The position numbers were made by a program, and so were the translations under genes. Below are positions 1 through 7,384 of a stretch of 64,000 nucleotides of DNA, in pieces. Position 1 is the stretch's first letter. Every line of letters begins with the position of its first letter. This DNA is from Actinomycetota bacterium. GTDB taxonomy: Bacteria > Actinomycetota > CADDZG01 > JAHWKV01. Where the stretch lies: contig JAUJPC010000001.1 of NCBI GenBank assembly GCA_030447305.1, forward strand, positions 263,998 to 327,997, given 5' to 3'. Under the pieces are notes generated by a model. It searched no databases. It was not told the DNA's origin and was given only the letters and a program-made list of their open reading frames with translations.

Positions 1-59
1 TCGTTGAGTATTCTGGGCAGGACTATCCGCACTTCACCGCGGGTCAGACCATCGAGTTT

Positions 60-1193
60 TTGTGGGCCGCAGCCCCCCTGCGCTACCGGGGGATACCCGA
101 ACCGATCGACGACATCCGGCGAGAGATCGCAGCAGTCGTCGACTTCACGGCGGAGGAGTTTGGGATTGCCCTGGACGACTCGTGGAAGGTGGCAGCCGAC
201 GAAGCCCGGTTCGCCGATCGCTGGATTGCGCTTCACGAGTCGTCACTGGCGGTATGGCTGGAGGAGCTTCGGCTGGAGCTGGCCGTCCTCGGCTTTCACT
301 CAACCATTCCGGCCGCCGACCCCTCGGATCCAACGGGGACCCGCCTGGCTGCCCAGCTGGTTCCGGGACCGCTGGGGCTCTCCCTGTGGAGTCCGCCGGC
401 CCCGGGGGAGCCCGACTCAGATGCGGTGGAGGTTATGAGGGCGTCGCCTGCTCAATCGCACATGGCAGCTCTGCTGGAGGTGGTAGGTGCGGGGATCAAG
501 CTCACCCAAAAGGGCAACCTCAGGCTGGCCGACGGCAAGACCCTGGCCGATGCCATGGGGTTCGGCGATCTGTTCGATCAGAACATAGGAGGCCGGAGGT
601 TCAAGACGCAGAGCACCTCCGGGATCGCCCCCGTGGAGCTGGTGCTCCGCTGGGGGCGGGCGGCCGGCCTGGTGCGGGTGAAGCATGGTTCACTCCTGCC
701 GACGGCCCGGGGGCGGCGTCTTGGTCAAGATCCGGTCGCAGACTGGTGGCTGCTCTTCAAGTCGGCGGTGCTCAAGCTCCGCTGGGCCCACACAACGCCT
801 TCCGAGTACGGATTCTGGTTCTGGGCCAAGGACGTGGACCAGTTCATGCCCGCGTACCTGCGGATGGCAGCCGCCGCCGCCGAGCGAGGGCTTGCCCTGT
901 TGATTCCGGCCGAGCCGACCTGGCTGTTTATCGAAGAGCGATGGATGGTAGACGTGCCGCCCTCCCGGGTCTATTCCGAGTTCTCCTTCATCGCCCATCA
1001 CATCCAGCTGCAGCTTTTCGTGCCCCTGGAGATGCTCGGGGCAGCCGAAACGTCGGAGGGTGCCGCCTCGTATTCGGCAAGGCTGACCGGCACCGGTGCG
1101 TGGGCGGCCAGGCGGTTGGCGGCCGAGCTGGCGACCGACCCGAAGTTCAAGGCGCCGGACGACGTGATCGAGCTGTACCGGAACCTAGAGTGA
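60..1193 (+). CDS. hypothetical protein; the reading frame is open back to the window start, so it may be 5'-partial
   Basis: A long ORF with GC3-rich codon usage. The frame has no stop between nt 3 and 60. No motif was recognised. Confidence 0.4.
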   Translation: MWAAAPLRYRGIPEPIDDIRREIAAVVDFTAEEFGIALDDSWKVAADEARFADRWIALHESSLAVWLEELRLELAVLGFHSTIPAADPSDPTGTRLAAQLVPGPLGLSLWSPPAPGEPDSDAVEVMRASPAQSHMAALLEVVGAGIKLTQKGNLRLADGKTLADAMGFGDLFDQNIGGRRFKTQSTSGIAPVELVLRWGRAAGLVRVKHGSLLPTARGRRLGQDPVADWWLLFKSAVLKLRWAHTTPSEYGFWFWAKDVDQFMPAYLRMAAAAAERGLALLIPAEPTWLFIEERWMVDVPPSRVYSEFSFIAHHIQLQLFVPLEMLGAAETSEGAASYSARLTGTGAWAARRLAAELATDPKFKAPDDVIELYRNLE

Positions 1194-1255
1194 AAACTTT
1201 GGCCCTGGTTACCTTCTAAGGTCTGCCCTAAGCGTTCTCCCCGGGTTGCCATCTA

Positions 1256-1275
1256 CACTGTACTAGTCTACAGTG
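1256..1275. promoter_or_regulatory. 7-bp perfect inverted repeat (cactgta-N6-tacagtg) overlapping the PadR start; candidate PadR autoregulatory operator
   Basis: The inverted repeat is read directly from the sequence and sits immediately at the start of the padR-like gene. PadR regulators typically bind palindromes of this kind. Confidence 0.35.
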
Positions 1276-1869
1276 GACGGCATGGCTAATGATTTGCTCC
1301 CGGTTACCTCCTACGCGGTCCTCGGCCTCCTAGCAGACGGCCCTATGTCGGGCCACAGCCTGTCCACGATGGCCGACAGGTCGATCGCCCACTTCTGGTC
1401 GATTCCCCGAAGCCTGGTCTACCGGGAGCTGGCTCGGCTGGAAGAGCTCGGTTACCTCAGCGGGGCGGACGTCGCACAGCAAAAGCTGCCGGACAAGCGG
1501 GAGTACCGGCTGACGGATTCAGGGCGGGCCGAGCTGTCCCGATGGCTCAACCAACCGGGATTCGAGAGAGGCCGGTTCAAGGACGGCTTCCTGGTCAAGT
1601 TCTTCTTCGGCCGGCATATGGAGCCCGGAAGCCGGATGCGGCTGCTCGAGGAGTACCGGTCGCAGGCGAAGGCCTACCTGGAGGACCTGAAAGCGATTGC
1701 CGCGAAGCTCGAGGGGATGCCGGGAGCCGAATACCCCCGCCTCACGGCGCTGCGTGGGATCCGGGCCGCCGAGGGGCAGCTGCGGTGGGTCGACGATGTC
1801 CTTCAGATGATCGATGAGGACCCCGGCCTGCTGGGGGAACCGGCTGAAGGCAGGGAGGTGGTGCAATGA
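1273..1869 (+). CDS. PadR family transcriptional regulator
   Basis: The N-terminal winged-HTH signature (YAVLGLL...GHSL...WSIPRSLVYRELARLEELGYL) and the C-terminal extension are typical of PadR. The start may be GTG at 1273 or ATG at 1282. Confidence 0.8.
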   Translation: MDGMANDLLPVTSYAVLGLLADGPMSGHSLSTMADRSIAHFWSIPRSLVYRELARLEELGYLSGADVAQQKLPDKREYRLTDSGRAELSRWLNQPGFERGRFKDGFLVKFFFGRHMEPGSRMRLLEEYRSQAKAYLEDLKAIAAKLEGMPGAEYPRLTALRGIRAAEGQLRWVDDVLQMIDEDPGLLGEPAEGREVVQ

Positions 1870-2354
1870 AACAGCCGCGGGACCCGGTCCGGCCCTTTTT
1901 GTGGGCGATCGCGGTATTTGCGTTGCTTCACCACGTCGACCATGTGTTGCGTGCCGATAGCAGCGGCTGGCCGTTTCAGCCCGAGGTCACCCCGTTTACT
2001 TTCAGCCTGCTGATCTACCCCGTCCTGCTCACCGACTTCCTGGTGCGCAACAGGCCCTGGCTAAGGGTCGGCTTGCTGTCCGCGGGCCTGGCGTTCCTGG
2101 TTCTGGTGCATGTGACGGTCGAGACGCCGGCGGATCTATTTCAGACCTGGAGCGCCGGCGTGAGCACCTCCGACCACCATCCCGGCATCCCGAACCTGCT
2201 GAAGGTGGCATCGCCTGCTTTCGGGATCGTCGCGGTCATCGTTCTGGCCCTGCTCGGCGCTGCACTGGTCGCCACCCTGACGGTTGCGGTTCGCCAGGCC
2301 CGGGCCGGTTCCCGTCGTATTGATCGATCAGCCCGACTCCTGGAGGTGGACTAG
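1866..2354 (+). CDS. hypothetical integral membrane protein, translationally coupled to PadR
   Basis: ATGA stop/start overlap with padR. Several hydrophobic helices are present and His residues lie near the N-terminus. Confidence 0.55.
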   Translation: MKQPRDPVRPFLWAIAVFALLHHVDHVLRADSSGWPFQPEVTPFTFSLLIYPVLLTDFLVRNRPWLRVGLLSAGLAFLVLVHVTVETPADLFQTWSAGVSTSDHHPGIPNLLKVASPAFGIVAVIVLALLGAALVATLTVAVRQARAGSRRIDRSARLLEVD

Positions 2355-2876
2355 ATGGCAGAGGTTTATAACGGCCGCTACACGGCGCACGTCGATGGCG
2401 ACTTCGTCGTCTTTTTGATCGGGATGCGGGTGAACAAGCCCTGGAAGCCGCACAAGTGGCTTCCGGTCGCCCGGGAGATGCGCCCGATGCTCAAGACCCT
2501 GTTCGCCAATCCGGAAAAGGGAATGTTGGGGGCGAGGTTTGGGTGGATGGGGGGACCTCTGGTCGTCCAGTACTGGCGCAACTTTGCCGACCTCGATCAC
2601 TTTGCCCGTAGCTCAGCCGAGCCACACCGTCCTGCTTGGCAGCGGTACAACAAGAACGTTAAGAGCTCGGGAGAAGTCGGGATCTGGCACGAGACCTTCA
2701 AGGTGCGTGCCGGGGAGTACGAATGCGTTTACGGCAACATGCCCCGGGTCGGGCTGGCCGCCGCGGCCGAGCACCTGGCCGTCGGAAAAAAGTCGGACTC
2801 CGCCGCTCAGCGGATCGGCGCAGTGGTGTCCGGGCCTGGGGCCGAGGCGGAGCCGGGGGGACCGGAAGGGGAGTAG
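2355..2876 (+). CDS. DUF4188 domain-containing protein
   Basis: It contains the motifs VVFLIGMR, WLPV, VVQYWR, HRPAW, GIWHET and YE.VY.NMP, which I recall as characteristic of actinobacterial DUF4188 proteins (from memory, not searched). It starts 1 nt after the upstream gene's stop. Confidence 0.7.
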   Translation: MAEVYNGRYTAHVDGDFVVFLIGMRVNKPWKPHKWLPVAREMRPMLKTLFANPEKGMLGARFGWMGGPLVVQYWRNFADLDHFARSSAEPHRPAWQRYNKNVKSSGEVGIWHETFKVRAGEYECVYGNMPRVGLAAAAEHLAVGKKSDSAAQRIGAVVSGPGAEAEPGGPEGE

Positions 2877-2925
2877 CTGCAGTCGTCGGCGGCCGTCGGC
2901 CCGACCCTGCCCAGGATTACGGGTC

Positions 2926-3237
2926 TCAAATCAACCTGGCGCCTTCGAGAACCAGATCGAACAGGTCCTCGTCGTCCCCATTCCAGGTGAGTACGATCCG
3001 GCGGTGGTTGCGCCCTAGCTTCACGGACCCGTCACCGATGAGGATGTCGATCTCGTAGCCAATCTGTTTGCAGATGAGCCCGTACAACTCCGGGTCCCGT
3101 GACTGCAGCAGGTGGTATTCGTCGTGATCCCACTTCTGCAGCGCATGCTGGAGGGCATCTGACCCTTCGCTTTTCCCCTCGCCGTAGAAGTCCCCGATTG
3201 AGTCGAAGCGGTCGGCGGCTTCCGGGTCATCGTTCAT
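2926..3237 (-). CDS. hypothetical acidic protein (about 103 aa)
   Basis: The ORF begins with ATG at 3235-3237 (MNDDPEAADRF...) and lies downstream of a small ORF in the same orientation. Confidence 0.4.
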   Translation of the reverse strand: MNDDPEAADRFDSIGDFYGEGKSEGSDALQHALQKWDHDEYHLLQSRDPELYGLICKQIGYEIDILIGDGSVKLGRNHRRIVLTWNGDDEDLFDLVLEGARLI

Positions 3238-3249
3238 GGCCGGAGGGAG

Positions 3250-3410
3250 TTTAGCTCTCCTCGCGCCGATCACCTATGTCGTTCTTATCCTTGGCGATAG
3301 GCGCCTGCCCGCTGAATGCGGCGGCCGTAGTTACCGTTGGGGGGATGGTCTCCGCGTCGGGCATTTTCAAGCGTTCGTCGGGGAGCAGTTCAGGGGTCTC
3401 TTCCTCCATG
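3250..3410 (-). CDS. small acidic protein (53 aa), unannotated sORF
   Basis: ATG at 3408-3410 is preceded by a strong RBS, aaggaggg, 6 nt upstream on the minus strand (MEEETPELLPDERLKMPDAETIPP...). It is below the 60-aa cutoff of the ORF track. Confidence 0.35.
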
Positions 3411-3494
3411 GTTCCCTCCTTACGGTAGCTTCCCTTTGAACCTACCCGCCCGGCAGGAAGATCAAAACGCGCTCTCGCCCCTCATTAGGGTCGG

Positions 3495-4358
3495 TTAAGC
3501 CCTCTGGCTGGGATCGTACTTGCCGATCCTGAAGACCGCTCCCTCGGGGTCCGCCAGCAGCGCCTCGCGGACCGGTCCGATGTTGACCGGCGGTTGGAGC
3601 ACCTTGCCGCCCAGCTCGTCGCACAGACGGGCGGTTGCGTCGGAATCGTCCACGGAGAAGGTCAGGACAAAGCGCGGCGAGCTCTCCGAACCGGGTTGAC
3701 CGTTGAGTTCGGCCATCCAGCCGACCGCGTCCTCGAACCCAGCGGGGACTCCGTGGGCCGCCTGGCGGGTGCGAATTTCGGGATCGAACTGCTCCAGGAA
3801 GTCGCCGTATCCGGGCAGCCGGAAAAACCAGGAGCGCGAGCCGGCGAACTCCAACACTTCGGTCCCCCACCCGAAGACTGCGCGGTAGAAGGACTTGGCG
3901 CCCTCGACGTCGGTGGTGTGCAGGTCGCTGGAGTTCCAGGACCCCGGCGCGTTCACAAGTTCGGCGCCCTTGAGCTGCCCCGGCTGCCAGATGAAGAACA
4001 CCGCGCCGGCCGGATCGGCGAAGATGCCCATGCGCCCGGCCTCTCCGGCGTCGAACGGTTCGGCGATCATGGTGCCGCCCGCCTCGACGATTGCCTTGGC
4101 TGAGGCGTCGGCATCGTCCACCTGAATGTAGGTTTTCCAGGTCGGGTTGGCAGGATTGCCTTCGCCAACACCGAAGGCCGCCACCAACTTGCCGTCCAAC
4201 CGTGCGGCCAGATATTGGCCGGGTATCTCGGGAGGGGCAATGTCGGTGAACTCCCACCCGAACAGCTTGCCGTAGAACTCAACCGCCGAATGGGGTGTCT
4301 GCCGGCCGCTGTCGATCCAGCAGGGCACACCGGGGATAAATCCGTCTCGCTCTAGCAT
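3495..4358 (-). CDS. VOC family protein (two glyoxalase/bleomycin-resistance/dioxygenase-fold domains)
   Basis: Two tandem beta-alpha-beta-beta-beta modules are present, with repeated GW.F, FADP.G and G...F....D motif-like segments. Confidence 0.7.
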   Translation of the reverse strand: MLERDGFIPGVPCWIDSGRQTPHSAVEFYGKLFGWEFTDIAPPEIPGQYLAARLDGKLVAAFGVGEGNPANPTWKTYIQVDDADASAKAIVEAGGTMIAEPFDAGEAGRMGIFADPAGAVFFIWQPGQLKGAELVNAPGSWNSSDLHTTDVEGAKSFYRAVFGWGTEVLEFAGSRSWFFRLPGYGDFLEQFDPEIRTRQAAHGVPAGFEDAVGWMAELNGQPGSESSPRFVLTFSVDDSDATARLCDELGGKVLQPPVNIGPVREALLADPEGAVFRIGKYDPSQRA

Positions 4359-7300
4359 CGCCGTCTCCTTCGTCTATTGGATACGGCAACACTAGAGCGG
4401 GCTGTGGACGGTTCCTGTCCTAGATCGGGGAGTTTTGGAGGAACTGTTAAACCGTGCGGTGGCCTTGGGGCCAGGGTGGGGAAGGAACTCGGTGAGCCGC
4501 CCTTCAGCTCAACTATTTCATCAATGGCATGGTCCATAGCGCTGAGATACAGATCGCGAAACCATGAATCATCCGTCAGCCCGGATCCGGGATAGTCATA
4601 AGGGTGTGGACCTGCTTCCTCGTCCAGAAAACGTTCTGCATCTCGATCGAGATTGAGTGCTCGATGAACTTCGCATTCCAGTTCGTAGGATGCCTTGAGA
4701 AGCTCTATATGAGCCTCGTCGGCGAGACGTACGCGTTCTTTAGCGCCCTCAGCCAAACTTCCGCGTACTGCAGGTCGAACAAAGCGACGAGCAGTTTCGT
4801 CAGCGGTGTCGAACGACGCTCGAATGCTGCCGATTCTCTTCACTCGCTCACGAATCCGCAGAACAGCATCAGAAGTCTCCGAGGCTAGCAACACCGGCAA
4901 TCGCTGAATCACTCCGACCTCATAGCTCTTTGAGGCCGTTCCCGACGTCGTTTCATCACCTGCCGCGATCATTGCTCCAATGAGAACCGACGCCAGCCGA
5001 GAATTCAGGACTCCTAAGAGCAACTCCGCCGACGCAATATCGGTGATAACTGCAGGGCCCTTGTGACCAAAAATGCATCCTCCAGGGAGGATACGTGGCC
5101 CGAATCCCGATGCAGTGCGAAGCGTCCAGGTGAGCCCAGTCAGACAATAGAACGCCCTATTTTGTATTCGAGTTCCGGGAGTCCGGGCGTTCTGAATGGC
5201 TATTCCGTTCCGTCGCCAATCAACGACAAGGTGTATGTCCGCCCAGTACGGGGAATATTGACCGCCCTTGGCGAAAGGGAGCCACCCGGCACCATCGCTT
5301 TCACACGCTGCTGGAGTTATCGACTGGGGCGAAATCTCCCAGATACACCGCACGAAGCGAAAGTCGTCGCCGGTGCAGAGACCAGCTCTTACATGTGCAC
5401 CCTCCCCCTCCAACTGTGGTTCCTCGACGAAAAGCTTCCTTATGTTCGTATTCATCCAATACGCAATCGGTGCACCTGGGATTGCGTAGAAGTCTCTAAG
5501 CGCCACGCGAAAGATATGGTCATCACGACTTCCGTTGCGGGCAGAAGAGACTGCTGAAGCCAAGGCTCTGGGTCGGTCAACTTCCCGAAGCAGTCGGATA
5601 AATGTCGCCGTATCATCGATGGCCTTCTCCGCCCTTAGGATGTATGCGGCTGCTTCCACCATAGCGTGCTCCATGACACCGAATCCCAGATCTGCCAGGG
5701 CCACTAGCTGATGGCCAAGGAGAACTTCGCTGCGCCACCTCTCGAATGATCTGAGGAACATTCCAGCGCGTGAAGTAAGGGCTCCCAGGTACCCTCCAGC
5801 GGCACACAACTGCAAGCCACGCTCAACAAACACTGAGAAAAGGTCACAGTTATGGGGCGCTCCGGGGTATGCCATCCTCAGGTACGTCTTGGTGTTAGAG
5901 ACTGGTTCTCCGAAAGGCGGATTCATAAATACGGCGTCGTAGCGGCGCTGGAGAGCGTGAACGAAGCGGAGAGCGTCTTCGGCTTCGGCGGCAAGCAACC
6001 TTTCTGCCGGGGTGGCGGTGGTTGCATCGGCGATCCGGTGGAGGGTGTCAAGGACATCATCTTTGAGCGTCCGTAGTTCAGAGTCGGGTAAAGCATCGGC
6101 GAGGCTGCCCGGAGGAGCGTGGCCACCGAATGCCGCGCTTCGAACATTTGACGCAAGGTGTACTTCGACCTTAAGAAGCGGGCCGAGGACCGGAGCATCG
6201 GCAAGAGCTTCGGTGAACGATTGAAGAAGTCTTCTTTGCGCCGTCGGTAGGACAGCAAGAACCTCCTCCAGACCACTAGTAGTGGCTGGGAGAGCGCGGG
6301 CGCAGATGATGTTGGGGCGCGGGAGTTTCCCTATGGGACATGAGCTACGGGCTCTAAACATGAGGGCCGCAGCAGCGACCTGGGTGCAGCGGGGATCAAT
6401 GTCGATTCCCCAGAGGGAGCCGATAATGTCTGGCGCTGCCGTAGCGGAATCTACGCCAGCGTGATGCCAGGCGCGTTCAAGGATGTCGTAAGCGGTTAGC
6501 AAGAAGTGCCCGGAGCCACACGCCGGGTCCAGAACCGCCACATCTGCCAATTTGATCGGCTCGCCCGGTTCGGCGGGTGGTTCTACGAGAAGGGGAAGGT
6601 CGTCGAGGAGTGGGGACCCCGGTTCGGCATCCATGAGGCGTCGTCCAAGGCTGTTTTGAACAAGGAAATCTACGACGTAGCGTGGGGTAAAGAATTGGTT
6701 TCGGACGGCTAGCTCGCGGGAGTCGCGAGGTGCGGAGGATCCCTCCCGCATGGCGCGCCTTTCCTCCCCCGTATTGAAGAACTGATAGACCCACCCGAGG
6801 CAGTCGGGCAGGACCCAAAGGTCAGCATTTGCGGGTTCGGCGAGCAGCTCGGTGAGGTCCGCGAGGGCGGTCGGGCTAGGAGCCAGGTTTAGCAGAGGGT
6901 TGCGGGGGTCGAATAGCGCGGGAACGTCGCCGGCGAGCTCGTCGCCACAAAGTTGCAGGTAACTCCAGTAGCCGTCTGTTCCGTCACCAGCAAGGAGAGG
7001 AGCCAACTCGAGGAAGTCTCGGTAGCCCTGAGAACTTCGTCCGCTGGCGAGCGACGCGGGAAGCAGGTCCAACGCTTCGGCGATTCGAATGGCAATTAGC
7101 CGGTTGAGGTGGGTGAAGACGGCCTCACGGATGAGCCGGGCGACGGAATCTAATGGACCGCAACCCTCGCTACGAAGGTGCTCGAGGACGTCGACGAGTT
7201 CCCTACGAGCCGCGAGTTGGCCCTGGTCGAGCCGTAGAGATGCCTCATCTGCAACGGTGCCGTCCGTATCGATTCCGTACCCGCCGGCAGCTTGAGCTGC

Positions 7301-7384
7301 CAAGTCGGTTTCGAGTAGCTTGCGGGCTCGACCGACGAGTCGCTCGAGAATCGTGCGTTGTAAGCCGGTTAGAGCCTTCGTCAT
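4352..7384 (-). CDS. pglX: BREX-type PglX-like N6-adenine DNA methyltransferase (class I SAM MTase with specificity domain); the C-terminus probably reads through into host sequence
   Basis: It has the N-terminal FT.LNRLIAIR helix typical of PglX, SAM motif I (DPACGSGHFL) and catalytic motif IV (NPPFG). Its start is translationally coupled to the upstream brxC-like gene. The 3' third is low-GC. Confidence 0.7.
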   Translation of the reverse strand: MTKALTGLQRTILERLVGRARKLLETDLAAQAAGGYGIDTDGTVADEASLRLDQGQLAARRELVDVLEHLRSEGCGPLDSVARLIREAVFTHLNRLIAIRIAEALDLLPASLASGRSSQGYRDFLELAPLLAGDGTDGYWSYLQLCGDELAGDVPALFDPRNPLLNLAPSPTALADLTELLAEPANADLWVLPDCLGWVYQFFNTGEERRAMREGSSAPRDSRELAVRNQFFTPRYVVDFLVQNSLGRRLMDAEPGSPLLDDLPLLVEPPAEPGEPIKLADVAVLDPACGSGHFLLTAYDILERAWHHAGVDSATAAPDIIGSLWGIDIDPRCTQVAAAALMFRARSSCPIGKLPRPNIICARALPATTSGLEEVLAVLPTAQRRLLQSFTEALADAPVLGPLLKVEVHLASNVRSAAFGGHAPPGSLADALPDSELRTLKDDVLDTLHRIADATTATPAERLLAAEAEDALRFVHALQRRYDAVFMNPPFGEPVSNTKTYLRMAYPGAPHNCDLFSVFVERGLQLCAAGGYLGALTSRAGMFLRSFERWRSEVLLGHQLVALADLGFGVMEHAMVEAAAYILRAEKAIDDTATFIRLLREVDRPRALASAVSSARNGSRDDHIFRVALRDFYAIPGAPIAYWMNTNIRKLFVEEPQLEGEGAHVRAGLCTGDDFRFVRCIWEISPQSITPAACESDGAGWLPFAKGGQYSPYWADIHLVVDWRRNGIAIQNARTPGTRIQNRAFYCLTGLTWTLRTASGFGPRILPGGCIFGHKGPAVITDIASAELLLGVLNSRLASVLIGAMIAAGDETTSGTASKSYEVGVIQRLPVLLASETSDAVLRIRERVKRIGSIRASFDTADETARRFVRPAVRGSLAEGAKERVRLADEAHIELLKASYELECEVHRALNLDRDAERFLDEEAGPHPYDYPGSGLTDDSWFRDLYLSAMDHAIDEIVELKGGSPSSFPTLAPRPPHGLTVPPKLPDLGQEPSTARSSVAVSNRRRRRRC

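Noticed and set aside
4-1219. Long alternative-frame ORFs 4..438 and 62..1219 overlapping the 60..1193 ORF
   Set aside because: Their translations are Arg/Pro/Gly-rich, and overlap with a better coding frame is typical of spurious ORFs in high-GC DNA.
3442-4257. 271-aa minus-strand ORF in another frame over the VOC gene
   Set aside because: The translation is low-complexity and R/G-rich. The VOC frame has clear domain motifs.
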